64,000 nt of DNA, taken from positions 40,688-104,687 of IMG/VR virus record IMGVR_UViG_3300029305_012082; one strand, given 5' to 3'. Positions within the stretch are counted from its first letter, which is position 1; every line of letters begins with the position of its first letter. This document shows, in pieces, positions 1 to 10,418 of the stretch. The notes under the pieces are model-generated. The model saw nothing but the letters and a program-made list of their open reading frames with translations, searched no databases and was not told the origin of the DNA. The position numbers were made by a program, and so were the translations under genes. Source of the DNA: a virus (Duplodnaviria; Caudoviricetes).

Positions 1-150
1 GCTGCTGAAATCGAAGCTCAAAGTGAAAAGGACACCGCTTATCAAAAGCGACAGATGTTCAACAAGGACTCTGGTGCCGCAGAAGAAGCCGGCACCTCTG
101 CTGCTGACGCTCGTCAGAGAATGATCGACCGTCAGACCAATAAGATTTAA
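1..150 (+). CDS. 3' end of capsid scaffold / prohead protease (DUF2213-like), truncated by window edge
   Basis: Frame 1 is open to TAA at 148-150 and ends ...SAADARQRMIDRQTNKI. It lies directly upstream of the decoration and capsid genes. Confidence 0.55.
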   Translation, partial: AAEIEAQSEKDTAYQKRQMFNKDSGAAEEAGTSAADARQRMIDRQTNKI

Positions 151-164
151 GGAGGAATTCCATT

Positions 165-659
165 ATGAGCGCACAAACCAGATACGGATTCACTACTCCC
201 ATTGGCGTCGCAGGTGGCATTTATGATCTCGCCCCCTACGAAATCAACACATTCCTGAACGAAGAAGAAACCGGCGTTATGAGCTTTGGCGTTGGCGTTG
301 TGAAGGGCACCGCTCCCGGTGCAAACGTCAAGCTGCCTGCGGAAGGTGCAACTGCTGCTGATTTCGAAGGCATTACCGTCAACAACCGCACAACCGAGTA
401 CGGACTGGACGACAAGGTCCGTGTTCGCAAGGGTGCCTCTATGGGCGTCATGCGCTATGGTCGTATTTACGGCCGTGTCGCAGCTGATGTTGAACCTGAA
501 TACGGCGAAGCCGTTTACATGGTTGCATCCGGCGAAGAAGCAGGTTTCTTCACCAATGTTGCTTCCGGCAATGTTGCGATCAAGGCACGTTTCGGCGGCA
601 GTGTTGATCCCATCCATAAGGTCGCACTGATTGAACTGTTCAATCAAGCACAGGCGTAA
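165..659 (+). CDS. Capsid decoration/cement protein
   Basis: GGAGG RBS; 164 aa, Gly/Ala/Val-rich; lies between scaffold and major capsid genes. Confidence 0.7.
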   Translation: MSAQTRYGFTTPIGVAGGIYDLAPYEINTFLNEEETGVMSFGVGVVKGTAPGANVKLPAEGATAADFEGITVNNRTTEYGLDDKVRVRKGASMGVMRYGRIYGRVAADVEPEYGEAVYMVASGEEAGFFTNVASGNVAIKARFGGSVDPIHKVALIELFNQAQA

Positions 660-671
660 GCAAGGAGGTAA

Positions 672-1709
672 ATGAATATGAGCACTCATACCAACTACAA
701 CCCTTCTGAAATGAAGGCTCTGCAGAATTCTGCTATCCCCACCGCCATCATGGCTTCTCCCGGCACAAGATTTGACAGCGCAGAACAGGCATCTGTTTTC
801 TTTGCACAGGAACTGGATCACGTCAAGGCTCAGTCCTACGACGTGGAATATCCTGAACTGACAGCTCTGAGCCTGTTCCCCGTCAGCTCTGAAGTTGACC
901 CCGGCGCTGAGACCGTTACTTATCATACCTACGATAAGACCGGCCTCGCAAAGGTCATCGACAACTATTCCACCGATCTGCCCCGTGCAGACGTGAACGG
1001 CAAGCCCGTCCATGCAATCATCAAGTCCGTCGGCGACTCCTATGGTTACTCCGCACAGGAAATGAGAGCATCCAGACTGGCTGGCAAGTCCCTGGACTCC
1101 AGAAAGGCCGAATCTGCACGTTTCCAGATCGACAACATTCTGAACAAGATCGCATGGGCCGGCGATGCAGAGTCCGGCCTGATGGGCGTTCTGTCCGAAG
1201 GTCAGAATATTCCTCTGTTCGCCATCGGCGCTGGTGCAAGCGGTGCTACCTCTTGGCTGGAAAAGACCGCAGATGAAATTCTGGCCGATGTTGCCGGTAT
1301 GCAGAAGCAGGTCGCAAAGATGACAAAGAACGTTGAGCGTCCTGATACCCTTTGCCTGCCCTCCGATGTCTATCTGCATCTGAGCACTACCAGAATCCCC
1401 GACACTACCACCACCGTGCTGTCCTTCATCAAGGAACATGCTCCCTATATCAAGAACATCGTTTCTGCCGCCGAGCTGGACAGCGACAGCACCTTCACCA
1501 ATCCCTATGCTGCTGAAGAAGACGGTCAGGGCGTTGCATTCCTGTTCAAGAACGACAAGCGCAAGCTGTCTCTGGAAAATCCCATGCCCTTCTATCAGTA
1601 TCCTCTGCAGGTCAGAAATCTGGAAACCATCATTCCTTGCGAGGCACGAACTGCCGGCGTCATTGTGTACTATCCCATGTCCGCTCTGATTGCCGTTGGC
1701 GTGTCCTGA
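672..1709 (+). CDS. Major capsid protein (DUF2184-like, HK97 fold)
   Basis: 345 aa with AAGGAGG RBS and strong codon bias. Motifs ELDHVKAQSYDVEYPEL, DLPRADV and EARTAGVIVYYP are typical of this capsid family. Confidence 0.85.
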   Translation: MNMSTHTNYNPSEMKALQNSAIPTAIMASPGTRFDSAEQASVFFAQELDHVKAQSYDVEYPELTALSLFPVSSEVDPGAETVTYHTYDKTGLAKVIDNYSTDLPRADVNGKPVHAIIKSVGDSYGYSAQEMRASRLAGKSLDSRKAESARFQIDNILNKIAWAGDAESGLMGVLSEGQNIPLFAIGAGASGATSWLEKTADEILADVAGMQKQVAKMTKNVERPDTLCLPSDVYLHLSTTRIPDTTTTVLSFIKEHAPYIKNIVSAAELDSDSTFTNPYAAEEDGQGVAFLFKNDKRKLSLENPMPFYQYPLQVRNLETIIPCEARTAGVIVYYPMSALIAVGVS

Positions 1710-1724
1710 TTTTTTTCGGCAACA

Positions 1725-1740
1725 CTTACCGATCGGTAAG
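1725..1740. promoter_or_regulatory. Perfect 16-bp palindrome CTTACCGATCGGTAAG (operator-like, member of a recurring family)
   Basis: Read directly; the same core recurs at 33275, 42872, 48738, 51633 and 61692. Confidence 0.7.
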
Positions 1741-1751
1741 AGAAATGAAAG

Positions 1752-1783
1752 GGAGGCTACCGCTTGGTAGCCTCCTTAACTTT
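1752..1783 (+). terminator. Hairpin / probable terminator after the major capsid gene
   Basis: GGAGGCTACC-gctt-GGTAGCCTCC followed by ttaacttt. Confidence 0.6.
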
Positions 1784-1795
1784 AGGAGGTAAAAC

Positions 1796-2089
1796 ATGAT
1801 TATCAAAAACACCAGCCCCAAGATCGTAAACATCGGCACCACAATGCTGCTGCCCGACAAGACCATGACCATCACCCCTGTTGTTGCAAATACTCCCGCA
1901 ATCAAGGCTTTTATCCGAACCAACGTGATTGCTGTCGTTCCTGAAGAAGTTCCGGAACAGGAGCAGCCTGATCCCAACGAAACCGACGACACCGCCGATC
2001 CCGAAACCGACGACACTCAGGGCACAAAAACACCGAAGCCCAGAGGCCGGAAGAAGAAGGAAGAGGAGACCGAAAATAACGCCGAATAA
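1796..2089 (+). CDS. Small head-associated protein
   Basis: AGGAGGT RBS; acidic and Lys-rich low-complexity C-terminus; follows the capsid gene. Confidence 0.65.
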   Translation: MIIKNTSPKIVNIGTTMLLPDKTMTITPVVANTPAIKAFIRTNVIAVVPEEVPEQEQPDPNETDDTADPETDDTQGTKTPKPRGRKKKEEETENNAE

Positions 2090-2102
2090 GGAGTGACCGT
2101 CC

Positions 2103-2507
2103 ATGAAAATGTCAGCCATAGACATGATCCGGTTGATCGGAGCTGAGTTTGTCGACGTCGATGAAGATACGCTCAACGATTGGATCGAAATGGTAAGACC
2201 TATGGTAAGCCGTAAACAATTCGGCAGTCTCTATGAACAAGGACTTGCCTATTTGGTCTGTCACAAAATGAAGATGGCTGGCTATGGAGTCAATCCTTTG
2301 GGAGATATGGGAACTATCGGCGTCGGCTTCTCCGTAGGAAGTGTTTCAGAAGGCGGCAGCAGTGTAAGCTACGGCGCGAACCAATCGTCGAATCTAGCAA
2401 CGGATGCCGAGCTGGGTCTCACAGCCTATGGGGTGCAGTTTTTGCAGATTCGAAGATCCGTTATTGTGCCCATTCATTGTGGTGGGGAGAATGATTTGAA
2501 TGTTTGA
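2103..2507 (+). CDS. Head-tail adaptor (DUF4054-like)
   Basis: Motifs [11 protein letters not shown] and LTAYGVQF; synteny. Confidence 0.7.
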   Translation: MKMSAIDMIRLIGAEFVDVDEDTLNDWIEMVRPMVSRKQFGSLYEQGLAYLVCHKMKMAGYGVNPLGDMGTIGVGFSVGSVSEGGSSVSYGANQSSNLATDAELGLTAYGVQFLQIRRSVIVPIHCGGENDLNV

Positions 2508-2949
2508 TCTGAAAGACCTTACTCCTGAAGGCAAGAGGTATATGGAGCAGCTTAAACGGCTAACCGAACTTCAAGTCCACGTTGGATTTCAATCGGGAGA
2601 TGATCCTTATGAAGACGGAACGGATCTGGTAAGTGTCGCTGCCTATAACGAATTCGGTTCCTCGTCAACTCCGGCCAGACCTTTTATGAAACAGAGCTTC
2701 GATAACAACGAAGACAAGCTGAAGGCTCAAGGGGCGAAGGCAAACAGAGATCTCGCCAACGGAGCTTCCGCAGAAAGCATCTTAAAAGAGATGGGAGTTG
2801 TGGTGAAAGGCATTGTTCAGCAGGAAATTGTTGAAGGCGACTTTGCTCCAAACGCTCCCTCTACTGTCCGGAGCAAAGGATCGGGACAACCTCTGATCGA
2901 CACTGGCCACATGCGGCAATCGGTCAACTTCGTCATAAAGAAAGGATAG
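2500..2949 (+). CDS. Neck / virion morphogenesis protein
   Basis: Motifs AAYNEFG..TPARPFM and PNAPST...KG...PLIDTG. Confidence 0.75.
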   Translation: MFDLKDLTPEGKRYMEQLKRLTELQVHVGFQSGDDPYEDGTDLVSVAAYNEFGSSSTPARPFMKQSFDNNEDKLKAQGAKANRDLANGASAESILKEMGVVVKGIVQQEIVEGDFAPNAPSTVRSKGSGQPLIDTGHMRQSVNFVIKKG

Positions 2950-2956
2950 TAGACCG

Positions 2957-3388
2957 ATGAATATTAGGTTATTCAACAAGAAATACTGGGTCAGACGTTT
3001 CGAGGAGCAACGAGAAGTTCGTGGTTATCTCGCATCCGGTTACTCGGACTTTGTTGCAGATTTGAATGTCCACCCTCTGGGGACAGATCAGGTCATGACC
3101 CTTCCTGAAGGTCAGCGAAAAATCAAACGGCTCGAAGCTCACGGCGAGATTCAACTCGTCGTCGCAGATCAAGACAGCAACAGAAAAGGCGATCTTCTAT
3201 TCTATCACGGAGAATGGTTTGAGTGCATCTCATCACAGATGTGGGATCATACGGTCTTATCTCACTATAACTATCAGTTTGTGCTTGTTCCCAGAGATGC
3301 AGCACTTTCGACGGATATCGAACACGATCCAGTAGGAATACCCGGATCTCAAAAGGAGTGTCATTGCCATGAGAGTATCTGCTGCTAA
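2957..3388 (+). CDS. Head closure / neck protein
   Basis: LPEGQR and GDLLFYHGEWFE motifs; synteny. Confidence 0.6.
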   Translation: MNIRLFNKKYWVRRFEEQREVRGYLASGYSDFVADLNVHPLGTDQVMTLPEGQRKIKRLEAHGEIQLVVADQDSNRKGDLLFYHGEWFECISSQMWDHTVLSHYNYQFVLVPRDAALSTDIEHDPVGIPGSQKECHCHESICC

Positions 3389-4121
3389 AGAACTCTTCCG
3401 GACTCTTGTGAAGAGGTATTTTCCCGGAGCTGTTGTTATTTTTGCGAACCAAAGCCGAGTAGCAAAGCCGCCGATTCCTCTTGTTGTTATAACGCCCGGA
3501 GCAGTAAGACGGAACCAAACTCCCAATTACTCAATTGTAAACGGCGTCAATGTCGGGTTCTATCATTCGAAGATCCCGATGACTATTGATCTGTTTTCTC
3601 CCGGCGATCCAATAAAGGATGACGATACAGGGCAGGTTGTTGCATACGCCAATTCTGCAGTGGACGATATGCTTAGTCTTGCAGACTATATCAACTCTCA
3701 AGATTCTGTTGAGTGGTCTCATCAGCATGACGTCAGTATGGTTATAGACGGAGATGTGCAGGATCTGACATCGATCGTTAATGATTCAAACTATGCATAC
3801 CGCTCAAGAATGGTCGTCCAGTTTTACTTCACTCAAGCAGCTGTGGGATACTCCGCTGTTCTGTCTGAAGGCAGTATCCACTATCCCACACGCATAGACG
3901 ATCCGATAACAGGAGAACCGCAATATACAGATCAAGAACCTGTTACTACGACAAGCCCGACTGGGGATTACGTTGATGAAGCAACAGAAAAAGAGCGAGA
4001 TGCGGTAATAATTCCTGTTCAAGAACAGACGCCTAGCGGAGGCGGGTCTGTTGAGCTGGCCGATAAAGAAGCCGGCTACTTCACAAATGTTGTAATCAAG
4101 GAGGAAACAGGCAATGAGTAA
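3369..4121 (+). CDS. Tail terminator / completion protein
   Basis: Immediately upstream of the sheath gene; overlaps both neighbours. Confidence 0.6.
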   Translation: MRVSAAKELFRTLVKRYFPGAVVIFANQSRVAKPPIPLVVITPGAVRRNQTPNYSIVNGVNVGFYHSKIPMTIDLFSPGDPIKDDDTGQVVAYANSAVDDMLSLADYINSQDSVEWSHQHDVSMVIDGDVQDLTSIVNDSNYAYRSRMVVQFYFTQAAVGYSAVLSEGSIHYPTRIDDPITGEPQYTDQEPVTTTSPTGDYVDEATEKERDAVIIPVQEQTPSGGGSVELADKEAGYFTNVVIKEETGNE

Positions 4122-5268
4122 AAATTACGACCAGATTGCAACTGTCAGCATCGACCTCGCCACCCCGCTGGTTGATGACACCAGTTTCGACAATCTCTGT
4201 ATCGTAGGTCCTCTGCCCAAGACCGAACCCGATAATGCACCTCCCAAGATCGGCGTTTATGCCTCTTTGGAGGAAGTTGTTTCTGCTGGCTGGGTTGTCG
4301 TAGGCGAAGAGGCTGATCCTGTCGGTCTCGCAGCACTCGCCGCTTTCAGTCAATCTCCCACTCCGTCTAGCATCTACATTGCACCTCTGCAGACGGTTGA
4401 AACTGCAGAACTCGACACAGATGGAAACAACATCTATGTCTCAGAACCTGCCGTTAATGCTGTCCAGAGAGCCTGCGATGTCACTGGCTGGTACGTCCTT
4501 TGCACCGCTGGCGTTGATGCATCTGAGTACGAAGAAATTGCGGCTTATATCGAAACTCAGGACAGAATGTTCTGCTACACAGAACTGGACTGTTTCGAAG
4601 ATGAGGTTGTAGAATTTAAGCCTGCAGTCGGTGACGTGTATTACCGCACCATGTCTATCTACGGAAGACAGTACGCTGGTCAGCCCACAGAAGAAATTCC
4701 TGATGCAAACAAGTACATCAACTGCGCTTGGGTTGCAAAGTGGCTCAACTACGAGTCTGGTACTGAGACATCTGCTTTCAAGTCTCTTTCTGCAATCTAT
4801 CCCAGTCAGCTCACCTCTACAGAAATGGCAGCAATGAAGGCTGGCAATGTCAACTATTTCATTACTGTCGGCAATAAGAAGGTCTCCATGAACGGCAAGG
4901 TACGAGCCGGCGAATGGGTTGACATCATCCGTTTCCGTGACTGGCTCAAGAACGACATGCAGGTCCGTGTTGTGAACCTGTTTGTCACGACTCCGAAGAT
5001 CCCCTACACGGATAATGGTATCAGTCTGGTGCAGAACCAGATGATCGCCTCTCTCAAGAATGGTCAAGATATTGGCGGCATCGCTCCCGATGAGTTTGAC
5101 GTAGACGGCAACCGCATCCCCGGTTACTCTACGTCTGTGCCTCTGGCAGCAAGCATTCCTGCTTCCGACAAGGCATCCCGTGTCCTGACTGGCTGTAAAT
5201 TCAAGGCAAGACTCGCCGGCGCAATTCACTTTGCGGAACTCAACGGCAGCTTGACCTACGAAATGTAA
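4114..5268 (+). CDS. Contractile tail sheath protein (DUF3383-like)
   Basis: Motifs [22 protein letters not shown] and ARLAGAIH. Confidence 0.85.
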   Translation: MSKNYDQIATVSIDLATPLVDDTSFDNLCIVGPLPKTEPDNAPPKIGVYASLEEVVSAGWVVVGEEADPVGLAALAAFSQSPTPSSIYIAPLQTVETAELDTDGNNIYVSEPAVNAVQRACDVTGWYVLCTAGVDASEYEEIAAYIETQDRMFCYTELDCFEDEVVEFKPAVGDVYYRTMSIYGRQYAGQPTEEIPDANKYINCAWVAKWLNYESGTETSAFKSLSAIYPSQLTSTEMAAMKAGNVNYFITVGNKKVSMNGKVRAGEWVDIIRFRDWLKNDMQVRVVNLFVTTPKIPYTDNGISLVQNQMIASLKNGQDIGGIAPDEFDVDGNRIPGYSTSVPLAASIPASDKASRVLTGCKFKARLAGAIHFAELNGSLTYEM

Positions 5269-5285
5269 GGAAGGAGGCGCAATAA

Positions 5286-5702
5286 ATGGGTAAGATTAAG
5301 ACTTACAATCCCAAGGAAGTTACTGTTGCATTCGGTAATCATATCGTCACTGGTTACGCTGATGACAGCTTTTTGTCCATTGATCCCGCAGGTGATGGCA
5401 TGACAAAGAAAGTTGGATGCGATGGCGAAATTGTAAGAAGCGTAAACCCTGATGATACGTTTGTCGTTAAGTTGACTCTTCTGCAGACTTCTGATACAAA
5501 TTCTTTCCTCCAGCAGAAACTTGCTCAGGACAGAAAGAGCGGAGACGGCATGTTCCCTGTGCTTATTAAGGATCTGAAAGGCGGTATGGTGTTCAGCACT
5601 GATGCCGCTTGGCCGATCAAAGCCACTTCCCGCAGCTTTGGCAAAGAGTCGTCCAACAGAGAGTGGGAGCTTCACACTGGTTCTGGTGAACTTACTGAAT
5701 AA
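5286..5702 (+). CDS. Tail tube protein (DUF3277-like)
   Basis: KTYNPKEV, LLQTSDTNSFL and REW motifs; follows the sheath gene. Confidence 0.8.
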   Translation: MGKIKTYNPKEVTVAFGNHIVTGYADDSFLSIDPAGDGMTKKVGCDGEIVRSVNPDDTFVVKLTLLQTSDTNSFLQQKLAQDRKSGDGMFPVLIKDLKGGMVFSTDAAWPIKATSRSFGKESSNREWELHTGSGELTE

Positions 5703-5708
5703 AAATAG

Positions 5709-5739
5709 CAGGGTCGCTCCGCATGAGCGACCCTGTTTC
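5709..5739 (+). terminator. Hairpin after the tail tube gene
   Basis: CAGGGTCGCTC-cgcat-GAGCGACCCTG followed by ttt. Confidence 0.55.
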
Positions 5740-5770
5740 ACCAAGAAGAATGTCTATAGGGGGTAACATA

Positions 5771-6352
5771 ATGGCATTAAAACGAATGGAGGTCGTCACG
5801 AAAACCATTGGTGACGCAACTTTCTACATCAAGCCTTTTGGCGCATTCACGTCCGCAAATCTGAGCGGAGAACTTGCAAAGATCATTTCCCCGTTTATCG
5901 GTGGAATTCTGCCTGCTGTATCTGCCGTATTTGGCAAACTTGATCTTGATGTTGAAAAAACACAAGCAACAACAACCGAAAATACTGGCGATATTATGGA
6001 CATGCAACTGGACGATGCTATCGGTGCATTTACAGATGCTTTTTCTACTCTCTCTGGCGATAAAATCGAACAACTCATGATGCAGTTGCTCATCAACAAC
6101 CAGAATATATCCGTCAATTGCTATGCAACGGAAGATAGACCTCAACTTCTCACCAAAGATCTTGCTGATGAAATTTTCTGTACCGACATTCAGGATATGT
6201 ATATTCTCTGTTTTGAGGTTATCAGAATTAACTTCAAGGGTTTTTTCAAGAAGCTCGGAGGCCGATTTGGAAAGCTGCAAGGAATTATTCAGCGGTTGAC
6301 TCCGAGTACAGCAAATACGGATACCTCGATGCAAGCCAGTTCTGCGAACTAG
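5771..6352 (+). CDS. Tail assembly chaperone (gpG-like)
   Basis: Lies between tube and tape measure genes; contains slippery GGGTTTT at 6238-6244. Confidence 0.75.
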   Translation: MALKRMEVVTKTIGDATFYIKPFGAFTSANLSGELAKIISPFIGGILPAVSAVFGKLDLDVEKTQATTTENTGDIMDMQLDDAIGAFTDAFSTLSGDKIEQLMMQLLINNQNISVNCYATEDRPQLLTKDLADEIFCTDIQDMYILCFEVIRINFKGFFKKLGGRFGKLQGIIQRLTPSTANTDTSMQASSAN

Positions 6353-6513
6353 AAATGAGAATGTACACGCTAATCAAGGCGAAGATCGCCTCAAAATCAG
6401 AGCTTGATGAAGCATACACCCTTGATGAAGCGTTGAAGTTATACGCACTTTATAGCATGGACTGTGACATAGAACGTGCCGTTTCAGAAGAAATGAAGCG
6501 ACAGTCTGATTAA
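6238..6513 (+). CDS. -1 frameshift extension of the tail chaperone (gpGT-like)
   Basis: The -1 frame is open from G-GGT-TTT to TAA 6511-6513 (FFQEARRPIWK...ELEMRMYTLIKAKIASKSELDEAYTLDEALKLYALY...QSD). Confidence 0.7.
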   Translation, partial: GFFQEARRPIWKAARNYSAVDSEYSKYGYLDASQFCELEMRMYTLIKAKIASKSELDEAYTLDEALKLYALYSMDCDIERAVSEEMKRQSD

Positions 6514-6543
6514 AAGATTCTCTCCTTCCGCATATGCGTATTC

Positions 6544-6575
6544 AAAAGACCTCCCATTGGTGTGGGAGGTCTTTT
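6544..6575. terminator. Bidirectional intrinsic terminator
   Basis: AAAAGACCTCCCA-ttggtg-TGGGAGGTCTTTT between convergent genes. Confidence 0.8.
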
Positions 6576-6583
6576 GTTACGGG

Positions 6584-6952
6584 TCAGTATAGAACAGAAA
6601 GCAAAAATTTATGAGTTTTTTCATCAATTTCGCAGAGAGCCTTCTTACCGTCATTGAAAACTATAGATACTTGATAGGTTGTTTTGCTTTTGCCTGATGC
6701 TGCTCCGGCAATAGCACCGACCCCACCGAACAATAATGCTCCAGCAGCCCCTCTTGCGGCTCCACTGATAAGGCTTTTTCTAGACGACTGATCTACGACC
6801 TCCCATTCAGAAACAGTGTTTTTGTTCACAAAAATCTTTTTTGGGCCGATAAGAAATCTTGGCACAGAAATCAACAGGCCCTTTCTGGCGTTCTTCCATG
6901 TTATAACGCCGCCCTTATAATCGCCAGCAATTACTTGATTCAAATCCGACAC
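6584..6952 (-). CDS. Moron: small protein with a glycine-zipper hydrophobic segment
   Basis: The only convincing minus-strand gene; AAAGGAG upstream, GAARGAAGALLFGGVGAIAGAASG segment, own terminator. Confidence 0.75.
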   Translation of the reverse strand: MSDLNQVIAGDYKGGVITWKNARKGLLISVPRFLIGPKKIFVNKNTVSEWEVVDQSSRKSLISGAARGAAGALLFGGVGAIAGAASGKSKTTYQVSIVFNDGKKALCEIDEKTHKFLLSVLY

Positions 6953-7040
6953 ACTCCTTTGTAATTAGTGGAAGCGATTTCATTTTAACAGTCTTTCTTC
7001 TGTGCGTCAATCCTCATATGGTACGAACGGTGGTGTTCTT

Positions 7041-9446
7041 ATGACCCTAGCAGAATTTATTAACGTTGTTGGCTTCAAAGTCAAAGACGGCGATATAAGT
7101 AAAGTAAACAACTCGATCAATACTATAAAAAACACAGCGCAAAAGGCTTTAGGTGCTATAGGAATATCCCTTTCGATTGCAGGGATTACGAGCGTTATAA
7201 AGGATTGTGTTTCCCTCGCGTCTGAAGCCGAGGAAATGCAAAACAAGTTTGATGTCGTGTTCCAAGGCATGAACGAAACCGTAGAGGAATGGGCGAAAAA
7301 CTACTCAGATGCAATAGGTCGAAATGCAAATGACATAAAAACCTACATGGCAGATATGCAAAATCTGGTTGTAGGTTTCATGGGAACTGATATGAGACAA
7401 GAAGCCTATGAGCTTACTCAGTCTATGACAACCCTGGCTTTAGATCTGGCATCCTTCAACAACATAGACGAGGGTATTGCTGTAAACGCAATGCAAAAGG
7501 CGGTTATGGGCGAATCGGAAGCAGCGAAAACAATCGGTGCTGTCCTCAATGATGTTACACGAGCCGAAGCTATGCATCAGCTTGGGCTTAAAGGAAAGTA
7601 CGACGCCTTGGATCAAGCGACCAAGATGATGGTCAATTACCAAGCAATTCTACTTCAAAGCACTGATGCCGTTGGAGATTGTGAACGAAGTCTTGGTTCA
7701 TACAGAAGCACCTTAATTGCATTTCAATCCAAACTCAAAGAGATTAAAACTATAGTTGGTCAATTTTTCATGCCAACTGCACAGAAAATACTCCAAATTG
7801 GCACGAAAGGACTTACCGTCGTTCGCAATTGGGTTCAGAATATAAGTGATTTTGCGGAAGAACTAGGAGGAGCGCACAGAATAATCACGATTATCGGCGG
7901 TGCTCTAGCGGGAATGTTGTTGGTACGAAACCTCGGCAAAGTAGCAGCTTTAGTGAAAGTTGTTGTCGGGCTTCTTTCTCCCGCCAAGCTTCTTATCGCT
8001 GCCATTGCTGCAGCATTTACTCTTGTGGCTCTAGTCGTAGAGGATTTCTTTGCATTTGTTCAGGGTAAAGACAGCTTGTTTGGTGATTCCTTGAAGAAAG
8101 CAGGAATTGATCTCGCCCAATTCCGCACATCTATTTTACTGTTGAAAAATCGCCTTAAAGATGCATTTGGAGGAATCAAGGATTTTGCTGGTGAAATAGG
8201 AACGGGTCTATTTAATGCGCTCCAACAAATTCTGCCGATCATTGTAGATTTCGTTGTTGCAAAAGGTCCCGGAATCATTGACATCATAAAGAAAGTTGCG
8301 CCGCTTATCGGAAATCTTGCAAGTGGCAAGCTCTCGATGCTTTTTAGTGTTGCAAAAAAATTGTTGCCCGTTGTTGCAAACGTAGCAAAGACCCTTAGCG
8401 GACATCTCGTAAACGCAATTTCGACACTTATTCCGTTCATAGGAAATCTTGCTTCCAGTCTGGGCGGATTTTTATTAGAAGCAATACAGACATTGCTGCC
8501 TCCACTGGTTGAGTTTGCGATGAGTATTCTTCCGGTGATTCTTTCGTGTGTAAACGCTATTCTGCCTGTGATTCTTGAGTTCGCACAAGCTGCACTGCCC
8601 ATAATCATAGACCTTATAAACCAGCTTCTTCCGGTTCTTCTTCAGATCATAGAGGCGGTTCTTCCTGTGTTGTTATCCTGTATAGAGCAGCTTCTTCCTA
8701 TCATTCTTCAGCTTGTTCAAGAACTACTTCCGATTATATTGGAAGTCATAATGATGATTCTGCCACTGCTGGTTCAGGTCATTGAGGCAATATTGCCGGC
8801 AATCATGTCGTTCATCGAGGAACTTCTTCCTCTTGTCAGTCCACTGATTGAGATAATTGCAAATCTAGCATCTTCTATTCTGCCTGTCATCATCACCTTG
8901 CTTGAGTCAATTTTGCCGATTCTCGAACCGATTCTCGGCATACTTCAGCCAATTGCAGATGTACTGGCTGTAATAATTGATGCTCTCGGAAAGGTTGCTG
9001 GAGGTATAGCAACAGGGATTCAATGGCTTGTTGATGCTGTGACTGGCGGTGGAAGTGACACAGACGCTTCCAGCACAGTCCCCGGATATGCTGTTGGTAC
9101 AGATTATTCAGAGGATACATTTGTCGCAGGCGAAAATGGGCCGGAACTCATAACAGGACAAAGAGGCAAAAAAGTTTTTACCGCCCTCCAAACAGGAAGT
9201 ATATTTGCTACAGCCAAGGAAGTAATATCTGCGGCGATCGCTCTGTCAAATATTAGAACAGCTCGGCCAGCAACGGCTGCAAACGTTACAAGTTCTCAAT
9301 CCACCAGAAATGTATTCCAAAATGTATCAATTAGCAATCAGTTTAATGGAGACAAGGCAATCCAGCGTCAGGCAGCTAACACCATGGGAAAATCTGCAAA
9401 TGACATAACAAGAGAGCTGGCTCGTGGATTGGCGTATGCAAGATAG
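7041..9446 (+). CDS. Tape measure protein
   Basis: About 800 aa, helical, with 11-residue LLP-periodic hydrophobic repeats and a YAVGT...AGENGPEL C-terminal motif. Confidence 0.9.
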   Translation: MTLAEFINVVGFKVKDGDISKVNNSINTIKNTAQKALGAIGISLSIAGITSVIKDCVSLASEAEEMQNKFDVVFQGMNETVEEWAKNYSDAIGRNANDIKTYMADMQNLVVGFMGTDMRQEAYELTQSMTTLALDLASFNNIDEGIAVNAMQKAVMGESEAAKTIGAVLNDVTRAEAMHQLGLKGKYDALDQATKMMVNYQAILLQSTDAVGDCERSLGSYRSTLIAFQSKLKEIKTIVGQFFMPTAQKILQIGTKGLTVVRNWVQNISDFAEELGGAHRIITIIGGALAGMLLVRNLGKVAALVKVVVGLLSPAKLLIAAIAAAFTLVALVVEDFFAFVQGKDSLFGDSLKKAGIDLAQFRTSILLLKNRLKDAFGGIKDFAGEIGTGLFNALQQILPIIVDFVVAKGPGIIDIIKKVAPLIGNLASGKLSMLFSVAKKLLPVVANVAKTLSGHLVNAISTLIPFIGNLASSLGGFLLEAIQTLLPPLVEFAMSILPVILSCVNAILPVILEFAQAALPIIIDLINQLLPVLLQIIEAVLPVLLSCIEQLLPIILQLVQELLPIILEVIMMILPLLVQVIEAILPAIMSFIEELLPLVSPLIEIIANLASSILPVIITLLESILPILEPILGILQPIADVLAVIIDALGKVAGGIATGIQWLVDAVTGGGSDTDASSTVPGYAVGTDYSEDTFVAGENGPELITGQRGKKVFTALQTGSIFATAKEVISAAIALSNIRTARPATAANVTSSQSTRNVFQNVSISNQFNGDKAIQRQAANTMGKSANDITRELARGLAYAR

Positions 9447-9454
9447 GTGATAAA

Positions 9455-10099
9455 ATGGCAAAAGCAAAAAGACCAGTAACAGTAGCCGGAATACAATTCG
9501 ATGCACTTATTAGTGAAGAAAGATCGTTGACAGCAACTGTACCAACATATTCTGTCGAGTCTGGGTTTTGTGTAAGCGACGCCATCATTCTAGAGCCTGA
9601 GACATTGTCTATGGTGCTATTTCTCACCGATACCCCAGTGACTTGGAGAAGAAACGGTGGGCGTGGAAAGACGGAGAGGATTGTTAGCCAACTCGAAGAA
9701 CTGTATTATTCTGCTTATCCTGTAACCATCGTTACTTCGGATAAGACATATACGAACATGGCAATTACAAGCCTTGGACTAAACAAAAGCACAGAGATTG
9801 GCTACGCAAGAGAGATTCCGATTGAATTTCAAAAAATTCGAATAACTACCGCTTCAACGACGACAATCCCTGACTCCTATGGAAAAAGCGGAACAACAGG
9901 AGCGCAAGCCGGAACAGCAAGCGTTACTACTGAGTCAACTTCGCCCTCGACCGGGGCAAGTACATCCGCAAGAGACACAGAAACAACCGTTTCAGAAAAC
10001 GGTCAATCTATAGCAAGAAATATCACACAGATGACCGTTACTGAAACAAAATATCATAATGCACAGGATGTGCTGTGGGAGAAACGGAATGGATTATAG
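9455..10099 (+). CDS. Distal tail / tube initiator (Dit-like)
   Basis: FDALISE...T.YSVESG...D motif directly after the tape measure gene. Confidence 0.7.
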   Translation: MAKAKRPVTVAGIQFDALISEERSLTATVPTYSVESGFCVSDAIILEPETLSMVLFLTDTPVTWRRNGGRGKTERIVSQLEELYYSAYPVTIVTSDKTYTNMAITSLGLNKSTEIGYAREIPIEFQKIRITTASTTTIPDSYGKSGTTGAQAGTASVTTESTSPSTGASTSARDTETTVSENGQSIARNITQMTVTETKYHNAQDVLWEKRNGL

Positions 10100-10406
10100 T
10101 TTCATCGAAGTTCCTGATATGAATGATAGCATTTCCCGCATCGTCCTTTCTGGGACACCATACCAGATCCGGTTTACCTACAACGATACCGGAGACTACT
10201 GGAAATTTGGGTTGCTCAACACTCTCGGAGAGCCGATTATTCAAGGAATGAAAATCGTCCCGAGATTCCCGCTAAATATTTTTTACACCGTTGCCAAGAT
10301 TCCAGCCGGAATATTTGGTGTCAGAACAAAACTCGAACGCATTGGTCGCAATGACTTCAAAAACGGAAACGCAAGCTTCATATTTTGCCCTATCGACATT
10401 GGGTAA
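10089..10406 (+). CDS. Small baseplate protein
   Basis: I.LSGTPYQIRFTYN...YW motif; synteny. Confidence 0.65.
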   Translation: MDYSFIEVPDMNDSISRIVLSGTPYQIRFTYNDTGDYWKFGLLNTLGEPIIQGMKIVPRFPLNIFYTVAKIPAGIFGVRTKLERIGRNDFKNGNASFIFCPIDIG

Positions 10407-10418
10407 AACCTCTGCTTC

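Noticed and set aside
147-1439. 430-aa minus-strand ORF, and similar long antisense ORFs at 4441-5229, 15857-16861, 20494-21753, 26266-27309 and 44669-45652
   Set aside because: These are shadows of strongly codon-biased + strand genes, with no recognisable motifs.
8200-8990. Hydrophobic LLP-periodic region as a separate membrane transporter
   Set aside because: It is the ordinary 11-residue repeat region of the tape measure protein.
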